Of a stretch of 64,000 bases of DNA, positions 10,350 to 20,955 are shown piece after piece. This DNA comes from Candidatus Poribacteria bacterium (GTDB lineage: Bacteria > Poribacteria > WGA-4E > WGA-3G): positions 1,600,001-1,664,000 of the forward strand of contig OZ240248.1 in assembly GCA_965198235.1 (NCBI GenBank), written 5' to 3'. Every line of letters begins with the position of its first letter. Position 1 is the first letter of the stretch. The notes below the pieces were generated by a model. The model worked only from the letters and a program-made list of their open reading frames with translations, was not told where the DNA came from and searched no databases. Position numbers and translations under genes: made by a program.

Positions 10350-10662
10350 GAGAGGGTTATCCTTTTGCGGGAATATATCTGTTATCAAATCGGCAATAGA
10401 TGGAATATGCCGTCTTGAACTTCTCTGAATCCTTAAGTCGAACTTACTTTATTAAAGACACAATTTTTAGGCAAAACGTTACATGGCGTGAAAAAAAGGA
10501 TTTTATCGGATGATGATTTACAATTTATGGGTCTGGTGATGCCAAGTCGTTTTTCACAGGGTTTCTGATAAAGGTGTATAAGTATATACGTGCATACAGG
10601 TGTGTAATCTGTGTCAATCCGAGATTCAGACAAAAACGGTGCACTTAGCTGACAGTTGATCG

Positions 10663-12279
10663 CTACTTCCGTATCAACATCTTCCGTATCGCCGTGAATT
10701 CCCCGGCTCCGAGTGTATAGAAATAGACTCCACTCGCGACAGGCTCACCGAATTCGTTTTTGCCGTCCCAATGTGCTGCACGGCTACGGTTCTGGTATAC
10801 ACCCGCGGATTGATGTCCTAATGCTAAGGTGCGGACCAAAGTGCCGTTCACAGAATAGATAGTCAATGTAACATCAGCAGGTTTAGAGAGTTGATAGGGT
10901 ATCCACGTTTCAGGATTGAACGGGTTGGGGTAATTGGGCAGAAGTCCTGTCTTTTTTGGGGTCAACACCTCCATAAGATACTTTAGGACGATCACCCCTC
11001 TTTGGAAGGTTGGGTCGCGCACGTCAGTGCGTTGTATTTGAGTCAGCCAAAGTTGGATGTCTTCAGGGCGTAGGGGCGGGTGACTGGGGGCTGCTCCTAT
11101 ACCAGCAAAAATAGGAGGCGCGGCTGCTTCCGTACCCATTAAAGCTGCAGCCAAGACAATATCACGAATATTAACAGTACCATCGCCGTTAACATCCGCA
11201 GGATCAGGGCCCGTTCGCCCCAAACGCGACGCAATACGGACGAGGTCCAGGATATTTACGACTCCGTTACCATCAACATCTGCAGGTAGAGGACGCGATC
11301 CGGGAAGTATAGCAGGTTCCTCTCCAGTAACGAGTGTCGCGAATTCTGATAAAGCATTGGGGTTTTGCAGTAGAGTCTGAAAGTCCGCATCGCGGAGCAT
11401 CGCTCTGAGACCGGCGTTTTCTTTAATGAATGTTATCGTTTTATCCTGTAAACCGAACTGCGCCAAGAGGTCTGGATTCTCAGCAACAGCATCTATCGTG
11501 AGCGGGGTCAAAAGGACCTGTATCTCCGGTTCTTGAAGTCGCGATAAGACGGTTGGAAGTACTTCCTGAATCTCCGGATCTTGGAGGATGGCACTATATT
11601 TTTCAAACAGGTATGTAGCGAGAGAAATATCGAAAGTCACAATAGGCAGGGCAGTGCTAAAATCGCCCGCCTCAAGATAGATCTCAAAAAACATTCCCCA
11701 ATTCCATAGATTATCACTTACCTTAACGAGCAGGAGGTTATCTCCGACTTTCAGGTTGACGCGGAACAGGTCTTGAATGCCAGTTGTGCGTCTATCCACC
11801 TTGTTTACGTGAACCACTTTGCCATTGAGCCAAACCTTGACGGAGTCGTCGCTGCCAACTCCCATCGCGACGTTTTTTCGTTCTCGCGGCGAGATGATGT
11901 TAATCAAAGCGTACGCAGAGTGATAATTTAAACCCCGATCATTGCTCAATCCTATCCTGTTGATAACATTGTTGACATTGTCTGAATGGCAGATCCAACC
12001 CCGGAATAAGCAATCAACCTCTGGGAAAATCCGACCACGGGTCCATTGCAACTGCCCGACGGTATCCCCTTCGTTTACGCCATATTCAGCGACAAGATTT
12101 TCAGTGATCATCCCCTTGCTTGCGGCAGCCAACTGGTCGCTATCTATATCTGCACCGCTGGCAATCATCCACAACCAAGGCCCTTCTATATAAGCCTCCA
12201 CAGGAGGGCAAAGGACACCTATGAATAAAACAAAAAGACCCACCAGGACGCAGCTTGTGGGTTTACTATACAGATTCAT
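10663..12279 (-). CDS. Secreted protein with dockerin-like EF-hand pair and C-terminal FlgD-Ig/T9SS-type domain
   Basis: 'DVDGNGVVNILDL', 'DVNGDGTVNIRDI', 'LLPNYPNPFNPETWIPYQL...WDGKNEFGEPVASGVYFY'. Confidence 0.8.
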   Translation of the reverse strand: MNLYSKPTSCVLVGLFVLFIGVLCPPVEAYIEGPWLWMIASGADIDSDQLAAASKGMITENLVAEYGVNEGDTVGQLQWTRGRIFPEVDCLFRGWICHSDNVNNVINRIGLSNDRGLNYHSAYALINIISPRERKNVAMGVGSDDSVKVWLNGKVVHVNKVDRRTTGIQDLFRVNLKVGDNLLLVKVSDNLWNWGMFFEIYLEAGDFSTALPIVTFDISLATYLFEKYSAILQDPEIQEVLPTVLSRLQEPEIQVLLTPLTIDAVAENPDLLAQFGLQDKTITFIKENAGLRAMLRDADFQTLLQNPNALSEFATLVTGEEPAILPGSRPLPADVDGNGVVNILDLVRIASRLGRTGPDPADVNGDGTVNIRDIVLAAALMGTEAAAPPIFAGIGAAPSHPPLRPEDIQLWLTQIQRTDVRDPTFQRGVIVLKYLMEVLTPKKTGLLPNYPNPFNPETWIPYQLSKPADVTLTIYSVNGTLVRTLALGHQSAGVYQNRSRAAHWDGKNEFGEPVASGVYFYTLGAGEFTAIRKMLIRK

Positions 12280-12420
12280 GAACGTTGCTCCCTCAAAGGG
12301 GCTTCCTTATGAAAAAACAGTGGAATGAAGCAGGTTAAAAGTATTACACAAAATCTAATATTTTGCTATAATGCGTGTAGTATACTACATCCAATCATCA
12401 TACACAAGGAATAACGACGC

Positions 12421-13248
12421 ATGAAATTTAAACGCGAAGAAATTTTAACGCAACTGCGCAGCAACATTGATGCAGGCAAACCCATCATTGGGGCAGGTGC
12501 TGGCACAGGTATCTCTGCGAAATGTGAGGCAGCCGGTGGCATTGACCTGATTATTATCTATAATTCCGGCAGATTTAGGATGGCGGGTAGGGGTTCACTC
12601 GCCGGTATGATGCCATACGGCGACGCGAACCAGATTGTCGTTGAGATGGCAAGCGAGGTGCTACCAGTCGTTCCAGACACACCTGTCCTTGCAGGGGTCT
12701 GTGGTACGGATCCGTTCCGTTTGATGGATGTCTTCTTGAGTCAGATAGATGCGATCGGGTTTTCCGGTGTGCAAAACTTCCCAACGGTGGGACTGATTGA
12801 CGGCACATTCCGTCAACTGCTTGAAGAGACCGATATGGGATACGGACCCGAGGTGGAGATGATTCGGACGGCGCATCAGATGGGGATGCTTACCACACCT
12901 TACGCTTTCAACGAAACTGAGGCAGAGCAGATGGCGGATGCGGGTGCGGATATTCTCGTCGCACACATGGGATTGACAACAAAGGGTTCTATCGGTGCGC
13001 AAACTGCTCTCACGCTTGCGGATGCCGCCAAACGGGTGCAAGCCATTCATGATGCGGCGAAAGGGGTTAACTCGGAGATTCTCGTTATCTGTCACGGGGG
13101 TCCGATCGCTGAGCCAGAGGACGCAACGTCTGTTCTGGAAAATACCGAAGGGGTAGTGGGGTTCTATGGTGCGTCAAGCGCGGAGCGTCTCCCGACGGAA
13201 CGCGCGATTACAGCACAGATTGAGGAATTCAAGAAGATTCGGTTGTAG
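12421..13248 (+). CDS. TIM-barrel signal transduction / phosphoenolpyruvate hydrolase-like protein
   Basis: '[11 protein letters not shown]', '[17 protein letters not shown]', 'QNFPTVG', 'GFYGASS.ERLP'. Confidence 0.88.
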   Translation: MKFKREEILTQLRSNIDAGKPIIGAGAGTGISAKCEAAGGIDLIIIYNSGRFRMAGRGSLAGMMPYGDANQIVVEMASEVLPVVPDTPVLAGVCGTDPFRLMDVFLSQIDAIGFSGVQNFPTVGLIDGTFRQLLEETDMGYGPEVEMIRTAHQMGMLTTPYAFNETEAEQMADAGADILVAHMGLTTKGSIGAQTALTLADAAKRVQAIHDAAKGVNSEILVICHGGPIAEPEDATSVLENTEGVVGFYGASSAERLPTERAITAQIEEFKKIRL

Positions 13249-13362
13249 GAGGCGAGACACAGGGGTTTACCAAACAAGGTTCATTAGTAGAGACATCGGG
13301 CTTACAAGGTTTCCCTCCCACAACGGGATTTGATCTCACCTATCATAATTATTGATATAGGT

Positions 13363-13391
13363 TGGCGAGGTTAGGAAACCTCGCCAGCGGG
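13363..13391. repeat. REP-like hairpin TGGCGAGGTTAGGAAACCTCGCCA, possible terminator between convergent genes
   Basis: Identical copy at ~18384-18412. Confidence 0.75.
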
Positions 13392-13406
13392 ATGGGACGT
13401 AGGTGC

Positions 13407-15020
13407 TTACAACGGCACAACCCCAGCGTATTTAACACTTGTCAAATAGGCGATATCGCGCTCCCATGTCGTCAAATCGTCTGGATTGAATTGATTCAGA
13501 TGGGTGTGTCCGCAGGCACGCGCTAACACCTGTATGAGGGAAACAGACGCACCAAAAAACCGGTTCAATTGTTCCGCTGCGACTTCCACCTTGAGTCGAG
13601 AACGCAGATGATCCTTCTGTGTTGCAATGCCAACGGGGCAATTGTTGGTATGGCATGCGCGCATCCCGATACAACCGATCGCTTGCATCGCTGAATTCGC
13701 AATCGCAACCCCATCTGCACCGAGTGCCAACGCTTTGGCAAAATCAGCGGCTGTTCGCAAACCACCCGTAATAATAAGCGTAACATCGCTGTTGCCCGTT
13801 TCGTTGAGGTATTTCCGGGCGCGTGCTAAGGCTGGCATCGTTGGGACTGAGATGTTGTCTCGGAATAGAAGCGGTGCGGCACCGGTGCCACCGCCTCTAC
13901 CGTCCAAGATAATATAGTCCACACCGACGTGGAGTGCGGCTTCGATGTCCTTCTCGATGTGCTGCGCGGAGAGCTTAAATCCGATCGGAATACCGTCGGT
14001 CTCCTTCCGCACCAATTCAGCAAACTTCGCAAAGTCGTCCAGTGTTTCCCAATCGGGAAACCGCGCAGGTGAGATCGCAGGTTCCCCCGGACGCAACCCA
14101 CGTACCGCCGCTATCTCCTCTGTTACCTTGTTGCCGGGGAGATGTCCGCCTGTCCCCGTCTTTGCTCCTTGGCCACCCTTGAAATGAAATGCCTGCGCGT
14201 GTTCCAATTTATCGTAAGAGAATCCGAACCGCGCGGAAGCGAGTTCATAAAAGTAACGGCTGTTTGATTGAGCCTCTGCCAATAGCATACCGCCTTCGCC
14301 GGAGCAGATGCCTGTGCCTGCCATCTCCGCACCCTTCGCTAATGCGGTTTTCGCCTCAGCCGACAGCGCACCGAAACTCATATCGGAGACAAAGATCGGT
14401 ATATCCAGTTTAAGCGGTTTCTTCGCCCGCGGACCGATAACCAGTTCCGTTCCGACCGGTTCATCATCGAGGTGTGGTGTTTTGTGGAGCTGCGCCACCA
14501 CGAACTGAAGATTGTCCCAATTCGGTAAATTCTCCCGCAGCACTCCCATCGCCTCGGTTTGACCGTGGTGTCCGACCTTGCTCAGTCCGTGGCGTGCCAA
14601 TTCCTGAATTTGGACGACATAGGGTTCTTCCGAGGTGCCGTGGATGTCTTGATACGTTCCCTGATATTCGTCCCGGTGGTAAGGTTGCGGGTTCTGACCT
14701 TCCCACTCCCGGATTTCGTCTTCGTCAACGTAGACAGCATCGTTCTCTATCCATGCATTAAATTTGGCGAGACGTTCCGTGTTCTGATATTCGCTGACAC
14801 CGGTATCGTAGCGATAATCCCAGTAGTGAACGCCACATATCAGGTTTTCGCCGTCGATGTAACCATCTGAGAGCAAAGCCCCGCGATGATGGCATCTCCC
14901 ATAAAGCACAGAAACTTCGTTGTCATACCGGATAACGACGAGATCTACATTTGCAACGAGGGCATAAGCCGGCTCGCGATCGTTGAGTTTGCTGAAGTCA
15001 GCAATTTTTGTTTTCATCAT
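13407..15020 (-). CDS. Rieske [2Fe-2S] domain fused to FMN-binding glutamate synthase domain
   Basis: Rieske CHH...CGVH; 'MSFGALS', 'SGEGG', 'GQGAKTGTGGHLPG.KV', 'GCIGMRACHTNNCPVGIATQ'. Confidence 0.88.
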   Translation of the reverse strand: MMKTKIADFSKLNDREPAYALVANVDLVVIRYDNEVSVLYGRCHHRGALLSDGYIDGENLICGVHYWDYRYDTGVSEYQNTERLAKFNAWIENDAVYVDEDEIREWEGQNPQPYHRDEYQGTYQDIHGTSEEPYVVQIQELARHGLSKVGHHGQTEAMGVLRENLPNWDNLQFVVAQLHKTPHLDDEPVGTELVIGPRAKKPLKLDIPIFVSDMSFGALSAEAKTALAKGAEMAGTGICSGEGGMLLAEAQSNSRYFYELASARFGFSYDKLEHAQAFHFKGGQGAKTGTGGHLPGNKVTEEIAAVRGLRPGEPAISPARFPDWETLDDFAKFAELVRKETDGIPIGFKLSAQHIEKDIEAALHVGVDYIILDGRGGGTGAAPLLFRDNISVPTMPALARARKYLNETGNSDVTLIITGGLRTAADFAKALALGADGVAIANSAMQAIGCIGMRACHTNNCPVGIATQKDHLRSRLKVEVAAEQLNRFFGASVSLIQVLARACGHTHLNQFNPDDLTTWERDIAYLTSVKYAGVVPL

Positions 15021-15025
15021 TTTCG

Positions 15026-16090
15026 CTACTCCAGATAGGTTTCGTTGATATAGCGCGTGATTATCTCTATCTCTTCCTCTTCAAGATAGAGCCCGGTGTC
15101 TATCATTCGGATTATGATCTCGGTTGTCTCCTCTTTGGAGCGCGGTGGATAGTCTTCAACGTCCGTGAACGGATGACATTGCGAACATTTGTCCTCAAAG
15201 AGTGCTTTCGCTTCTACTTCATCGTAGGTGTTTGTCGTTGTGACAATCTCACCTTCTGCTTCCATTTCTATAGCGAAAGTCACGACTTGGGCAGCGATTT
15301 TCGCTTCATCCGCGCGCATCTGTTCCTGCCGTTGTTGTCGCACTGAAGTCTGAATATCAGGTGTAATTGCGATGAGATATGCTGAGACGCTCCACTCTTC
15401 TTCCTCGTGAATAGGTTCGCTAATCATAGGCTTTATCGCCATCCGATTGACGAGACGGACCCAATCTGTGGGGGTGCGTGGTTTTGCGAGAATGGTGCGT
15501 AGATCGTGGCAGACGACGCACTTGTGCTGTAAGACCTGCTGTCCGTCCCGCAATTTTCGCTTTGATGCCAACTGGTCGAGCGGTGCCTCTATAGGCAATC
15601 CGGCGTTTTCAAGCAACCTGCGTGTTCGCGCGATACCCTCCTCACTAAATGCCCCTGTCTGTGTTCGCAACGCCGCTTCACGGAATGTGAACGGCACCGA
15701 CAGTCCAATCAACAGATAGGTGCAAATCAGCAGGGTGGTACCAATATACGGCATCACTTCCTCAAAATGTCGGAAAAACCGAAGGATGGCAATCTTGACG
15801 AGGATCAACACGCCGATGGTGATACCGAGCATCAGATGAGCGACGGTTCGAGGCGGCAATTCGACTTGGTAATTCCACAAACGTGGTACCATGTACCACA
15901 TCATAAAAACATAGAGTATCGCATACGCATAGCCGATGAGTCGATGAAGCAGCATCAAGGAACGTGGAGCGGAACTTGTATGCGTCTCCTTGTCAAATGG
16001 ATAACCCCAGAGTTTAAACATCAAGAAAACGGAGGCGTTCGCGAGTCCTAAAAAAATTAGACCCAGGATTGCACTCATTGAAGTAGACAT
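15026..16090 (-). CDS. Membrane-anchored diheme c-type cytochrome
   Basis: About four N-terminal TM helices with His residues; CxxCH motifs CVVCH and CSQCH. Confidence 0.75.
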   Translation of the reverse strand: MSTSMSAILGLIFLGLANASVFLMFKLWGYPFDKETHTSSAPRSLMLLHRLIGYAYAILYVFMMWYMVPRLWNYQVELPPRTVAHLMLGITIGVLILVKIAILRFFRHFEEVMPYIGTTLLICTYLLIGLSVPFTFREAALRTQTGAFSEEGIARTRRLLENAGLPIEAPLDQLASKRKLRDGQQVLQHKCVVCHDLRTILAKPRTPTDWVRLVNRMAIKPMISEPIHEEEEWSVSAYLIAITPDIQTSVRQQRQEQMRADEAKIAAQVVTFAIEMEAEGEIVTTTNTYDEVEAKALFEDKCSQCHPFTDVEDYPPRSKEETTEIIIRMIDTGLYLEEEEIEIITRYINETYLE

Positions 16091-16105
16091 GTCGGATATT
16101 CCTTC

Positions 16106-16906
16106 CTACGCCTCCAAGGTCGGACGATTTAATCGAGAATGATAGGGAGGCTCCATGACAGCGCGCTGACGTTCATTTGCCCACTCCGGTATTTCATAGG
16201 CGGGAACATACGCCATGTTGCCTGCGGTATAACGGGTTAAGATGGAGCGACGTGGATGTTCAGCCGTCCATGGGAGTGTTCCGTGCGTCACTGCTTCCGT
16301 GAAAATTATCACATCGCCAGCGTCACAGACGAGCTGCCGGATGTGTTCTTGGTGTTGCTGATAGAGCCGCATCTCTTGTGGGCACGTGTAGTTGCTCTTA
16401 TGACTCCCCGGTATAACGATTAACCCACCCGCTCCCGGTGGCACGTCCGTTAACTGAAACGTAACGACGCTCAAGCCGTTGTGCATACGTCCATCACGGA
16501 AAATGTAATACTGGTTCGGGTCGAAGCTGGGACCGGAGGATCCGTGGAAGATGAAACCTTCCGCGCCTTTGTCCATTGAAAGCAGAAACATGTGATGATC
16601 CATACGGAAGCCCTTGCCGAGTATCTCATTAAGATAGGGAACGAGTGTCGGATGTGCGAGCATGTGTCGGAACGGATTACACCACGGTTCTTCCCATCCA
16701 AGCATACCGCCTTGTTCGCCTCTGCCTTGTTCGCCTTTTAGTTCTGGGGATCCGCCATCAAGCGTCTGGTCGCGTGGACGGATGCGCGCTTGGTCACTAT
16801 GTTTGTCAAGAGCTTCGTTGGCGAGGGCTACCTCTTCGGGTGTTAGTACGTTCTTGATAATAAGGTAACCGTTCAGATCGAATAGATATTTTTCATCAAC
16901 GTTCAT
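16106..16906 (-). CDS. PhyH family dioxygenase
   Basis: 'FDLNGYLIIKNVL', 'IPGSHK', 'AGDVIIFTEAVTHGTLPW'. Confidence 0.85.
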   Translation of the reverse strand: MNVDEKYLFDLNGYLIIKNVLTPEEVALANEALDKHSDQARIRPRDQTLDGGSPELKGEQGRGEQGGMLGWEEPWCNPFRHMLAHPTLVPYLNEILGKGFRMDHHMFLLSMDKGAEGFIFHGSSGPSFDPNQYYIFRDGRMHNGLSVVTFQLTDVPPGAGGLIVIPGSHKSNYTCPQEMRLYQQHQEHIRQLVCDAGDVIIFTEAVTHGTLPWTAEHPRRSILTRYTAGNMAYVPAYEIPEWANERQRAVMEPPYHSRLNRPTLEA

Positions 16907-16973
16907 GTTCGATGTCCTCCACCTCGCTTTGCCGAGCGAGGTTTCGTGCGGTTACAAACCGCAGTTACCACCA

Positions 16974-18101
16974 TTACACCGCGTAAGCGACAGAGCCATC
17001 TTCACGCAAAAGTGTCGTTCCTGTATTCATTGGTTGATAAGGATTCTTCTCGATTAAACTATCGTCAAGTTCGATGCCCAAACCTGGAGCTTCGGGGATT
17101 GGGATGTATCCACCTTCCCGCTGATACGCTACTTTATAAACAGCGTAGTTTGGGGATTCATCGCCTTTGCTGTATTCCTGTGTAATGAAGTTCGGGATGC
17201 TCGCATCTAAGTGAAGCGATGCGGCGGTAATGAGCGGTCCGAGAAAGTTATGTGTGACAACCGCGCTGTGATACGCTTCAGCCAGTGCCGCGATTTTCTT
17301 GCAGTGCGTTATACCGCCGGCAAGACCGAGGTCTGGACGGACGTATTGCGGTCCACCTGCCTCCAGGAGTTCACGGAATTCCCAGATGCTTACATTACGT
17401 TCGCCGATAGCGAGCGGGGTTGTCATCCGTTTTGCTAATTCCGCTTGCGTTGTAATAGTATCTATTTGGATCGGGTCTTCAATGAAATAGAGATTAAAAG
17501 GGGCAAGTGCGGATTCTAAGACAATGCCATTCATCGGTGTCAGTTTCCGATGTACTTCAACGATCAGATCGAGATCCGGTCCACCGCCTTCACGCGCAGC
17601 AGCGACGATGTCACGAGCGGTCTTGACGAGCCGATCGACTGCCATATCTTGGAAGTTGCCGACCACCGGGTCAAACTTGAGTGCTGTGAAACCTTCTTCG
17701 ACAGCCTCTTTCGCTGCGTCATACATCGTTTCTGGCGTGCTACCGCCACCGAGGAGATGCAATCGAATCTTATCACGACAGTTTCCGCCTAACAGTTCCC
17801 AGATCGGAACACCGAAATGTTTACCCTTGATGTCCCACAAAGCGATGTCCACCGCGCTGATAGCACCGCTCAGCGCGGTCCCACGAAACGGACCCATGCG
17901 GTAGAGATATTGCCAGTGATGCTCAATCCGCAACGGGTTCTGTCCAATAAGATGTTTCTTAAACGTGTTGATGATGCTATCAACGGCTTCTGGATACCCC
18001 CAGCACGCTGTCTGTCCCACGCCGCTGATGCCCGTATCTGTATGAATCCGAATCACATAGCCGTTCCTGATAAAAAACGACTCAATTTTATCAATCTTCA
18101 T
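16974..18101 (-). CDS. Mandelate racemase/enolase superfamily, galactonate dehydratase-like
   Basis: 'SAVDIALWDIKGK', 'FIEDP', 'AIGER', 'PEAPGLGIELD'. Confidence 0.88.
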   Translation of the reverse strand: MKIDKIESFFIRNGYVIRIHTDTGISGVGQTACWGYPEAVDSIINTFKKHLIGQNPLRIEHHWQYLYRMGPFRGTALSGAISAVDIALWDIKGKHFGVPIWELLGGNCRDKIRLHLLGGGSTPETMYDAAKEAVEEGFTALKFDPVVGNFQDMAVDRLVKTARDIVAAAREGGGPDLDLIVEVHRKLTPMNGIVLESALAPFNLYFIEDPIQIDTITTQAELAKRMTTPLAIGERNVSIWEFRELLEAGGPQYVRPDLGLAGGITHCKKIAALAEAYHSAVVTHNFLGPLITAASLHLDASIPNFITQEYSKGDESPNYAVYKVAYQREGGYIPIPEAPGLGIELDDSLIEKNPYQPMNTGTTLLREDGSVAYAV

Positions 18102-18188
18102 ATATGCCTCCTATCAGAAGTGACTTAACTTAGTCCGTTGAATTGTATCACAAGCACACGAATTTAACAATAGAGAAGTGAAAAACGT

Positions 18189-18330
18189 CAGGGCTATTTA
18201 GTTTTCCATTTTTTAGAACATTTTCGGGGTCCCGGACCCGGTAGGAGCGGTTTGTAACCGCTCCGGGCATTGAAAAAGAGGTGTTCAAACGCCAAACAAT
18301 CCGATAATTTCTTAAAACTAAATGGCTCTG
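18189..18330. mobile_element. MITE-like element with ~17-bp imperfect terminal inverted repeats enclosing a GTAG REP hairpin
   Basis: CAGGGCTATTTAGTTTT ... AAAACTAAATGGCTCTG; related TIRs at 19415-19575. Confidence 0.6.
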
Positions 18331-18500
18331 GAAAAACGTAGGGACATTTATGGTAGATTTTAGAATTAATTGGACATTAGCACTGGCGAGGTTAGGAAAC
18401 CTCGCCAGCGGGTGTGAAGAAGGACGAGGCACGGGGACCTCGTCCAACATGTTTGTTGCAACAGAAACCGTTAGGGGTTAAAGAAGGTATCCGCTTGAAT

Positions 18501-19307
18501 CTATCGCGTCTTGATCGCTCCCCAACTGAGAGTGAGCAGACCGGTCAGGTCAACTGCTAAACCGTCTTCCATTGCCTCTTCAATCTCGTTTGCGGTTAGT
18601 GCTGCGTCGTAAATTCGGATGTCGTCAATGGCCCCCTCGTAATCGATGCCGCCGGGCCAGCCACTCGTAAACCCGATCTGCCATGTGTTCCCTTTAATGT
18701 CTGCACCACCGTTGTATCCCATGTGATGGACGCCTTCGACCCCATCGACGTAGATATGCCCTCCAAGCCCTTTCAACTCCCACGTCACGGCAACGTGATG
18801 CCATTTGCTGTCTGCTACATCTGTGTCGCCTCTGATCCAGTCACAACTATGACCGACCCATTCGACCGCTCCAGTCTTTCCGCCCTCTGAAGTCGCCGCG
18901 TCACCCACGTAAAACAACTTTTCATGAAGGTCGAGTTGCCGATCGCCGTCGTTCTTGGTCAGGAAACTAACGCCGGTCGTGCTGGTTTTTATCCAAGCCG
19001 TAATCGAGAAATCTGCAGCACCTGTTTCGGTGATCCAAGCGTCGATAGCCACGTAGTCGTCGCCATCGAACTCCAGTGCACTGCCTGAAACACCCGGTAC
19101 CCATTGTGGATCGCCGCCGCCGAATTCACCATCGTGTCCTTTGCCGGAGCTGTCCTTGATGGTCTTGCCTTGACCTTCATTAAGTTGCCAGTGCGCTACC
19201 AATCCTCCTGTCGCATCAATGGACTGTCCAAAAAGGATACACACTGTTGCCAAGAAAATGGCGAAATGGCGTATATGTTTGAAAGTAATAGATTTGGTAA
19301 ATTTCAT
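18501..19307 (-). CDS. Secreted LamG/concanavalin A-like protein with C-terminal 'LLTLSWGAIK' tail
   Basis: 'LVAHWQLNEG', 'WHHVAVTW', 'GAIDDIRIYDAALT'. Confidence 0.85.
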   Translation of the reverse strand: MKFTKSITFKHIRHFAIFLATVCILFGQSIDATGGLVAHWQLNEGQGKTIKDSSGKGHDGEFGGGDPQWVPGVSGSALEFDGDDYVAIDAWITETGAADFSITAWIKTSTTGVSFLTKNDGDRQLDLHEKLFYVGDAATSEGGKTGAVEWVGHSCDWIRGDTDVADSKWHHVAVTWELKGLGGHIYVDGVEGVHHMGYNGGADIKGNTWQIGFTSGWPGGIDYEGAIDDIRIYDAALTANEIEEAMEDGLAVDLTGLLTLSWGAIKTR

Positions 19308-19366
19308 CCGTATGCCCTCCAGAGTTATTTCTGTCCAGACGCGTAACCGTTCATTCTGTGTGTATG

Positions 19367-19395
19367 ATTATAGTCTGATGTGGAAAAAGAGTCAA
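19367..19395 (-). promoter_or_regulatory. Sigma70-type promoter for the LamG gene
   Basis: TTGACT-17 bp-TATAAT on the minus strand. Confidence 0.6.
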
Positions 19396-19414
19396 CTGTG
19401 TGAATATGTGGGTT

Positions 19415-19575
19415 AGGGTCATTTAGTTTATATATTTACTTTATGTGAATAAACATTTTATTATGTGCATGAACACTTTTTATCAGGTGTAGCGTGAAAA
19501 GTCCCTCGATATCTCATAAAAACACTAACATCTGTGAACCAAAACTAAAGGCGGAGCCGAAAACTAAATGACCCT
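19415..19575. mobile_element. MITE-like element with perfect 15-bp terminal inverted repeats
   Basis: AGGGTCATTTAGTTT (19415-19429) / AAACTAAATGACCCT (19561-19575); no ORF. Confidence 0.65.
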
Positions 19576-19593
19576 GGCTTCCAAATCAAACGG

Positions 19594-19622
19594 TTGACAC
19601 AAATTTGTGGGCGTGTTAATAT
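19594..19622 (+). promoter_or_regulatory. Sigma70-type promoter
   Basis: TTGACA-17 bp-TAATAT with extended TGn; GGAGG before ATG 19676. Confidence 0.6.
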
Positions 19623-19675
19623 AATAGCAAGTTTCGGAGACCTGCAAACTGCACGCTTCAACGAGGAGGCACATT

Positions 19676-20710
19676 ATGGGAATGTATCGAACTGGGATCG
19701 TTGGTGGAAGGCGGGGTGTACACCATGCCCGACGTTATGAAGGCATCGAAAATATGAAGGTAATTGCCATCTGCGAGATTGATGAGGAACGGTTAAAAGC
19801 AGCGGTAGAAGAACTCAGCGTCCCGGGGTACACAGATTACGTCGAGATGTTGGAAAAGGAGAAACCCGATATTGTCCATGCCGTCACAGAGCCGACAGTG
19901 CCACGGCATATCTGGGTAGAGCCTGCTGCCGAAGCGGGTGTTAAAGCATTGGTGATAGAGAAACCGCTCGCACTCAGACCCAGCGAAGCAGAGGCACTCG
20001 TCGCAGCGCACGAGAAAACAGGGTTGAAGATTATCGTCAATCACCAACGGCGGTATCTGCCGTTTGCTGAAAAATTATTAGAGTTTTTTGCCGACGACAG
20101 TCTTGGTGACATACACTTCATCCGTGCCTGCACCGAAGGCGACATTACTGATATGGATACCCACTTGATGGATGTCGTGCTTTTCGCGCTCAAAGACATT
20201 CCGATTACGCACGTGTGGGGTGCCGTTGAAGGTGCTGAAATCTATGACGTTCCACATCGGCAGTGCCCCGAAGATTTGATGGCGATTTATACGTTTGAAA
20301 ACGGTGCCCGCGTCTTTTTTGAGTCCGCACGGACAGCATTCGGAACAATTGATTTTCCCGGCAGTAATCCGCGGTGCAACCTCGATTTTTGGGGGACAAA
20401 AGGCAGGATGTGGTGGCGAGAAAACGGTTCATGGGGCTATCAGTTTGACGGTATGGCACAGCACTTTGTTGAGAAGACCCACTTCGGTGAAGATGACAAA
20501 TTCGGACAGCGAGCATTCACAGAAGCCATCGCGGCGTGGCTGGATGACGAAAATCAACCGCATCGGAACAGATTGGAGTCTGCGATGCTTGGGTTTGATT
20601 TGATTATGGCGGCGTATCGCTCCGCGCTCATCGGCGAACGGATTGCGTGGCCCCCTAAACTCTCCGATGAAGAGTGGGTGGAACTGAAAAATAGGATCGT
20701 TGGTTCCTAA
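19676..20710 (+). CDS. Gfo/Idh/MocA oxidoreductase
   Basis: N-terminal Rossmann fold, 'IEKPLA', 'VNHQRRY', 'THLMD'. Confidence 0.88.
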   Translation: MGMYRTGIVGGRRGVHHARRYEGIENMKVIAICEIDEERLKAAVEELSVPGYTDYVEMLEKEKPDIVHAVTEPTVPRHIWVEPAAEAGVKALVIEKPLALRPSEAEALVAAHEKTGLKIIVNHQRRYLPFAEKLLEFFADDSLGDIHFIRACTEGDITDMDTHLMDVVLFALKDIPITHVWGAVEGAEIYDVPHRQCPEDLMAIYTFENGARVFFESARTAFGTIDFPGSNPRCNLDFWGTKGRMWWRENGSWGYQFDGMAQHFVEKTHFGEDDKFGQRAFTEAIAAWLDDENQPHRNRLESAMLGFDLIMAAYRSALIGERIAWPPKLSDEEWVELKNRIVGS

Positions 20711-20763
20711 AACAAAATGATAGCGTACGGAACTACAGAACCTCACCATCTTTATCTAATTCA

Positions 20764-20948
20764 TGTAAGCCCAACCAACGGGCGGGCTGGATATACGCAA
20801 GAGGTTTCTCTTTACATAATCTGCCTAAACGAACCGCAAGGAACATTATTTTTGTCTAATTGGTGTAAGCCCAACCAACGGGCGGGCTGGATATACGCAA
20901 GAGGTTTCTCTTTACATAATCTGCCTAAACGAACCGCAAGGAACATTA
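20764..20948 (+). repeat. Tandem duplication of an 85-bp unit (100-bp period) ending just before the next ATG
   Basis: Identical copies at 20764-20848 and 20864-20948. Confidence 0.9.
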
Positions 20949-20955
20949 AAAAAAT

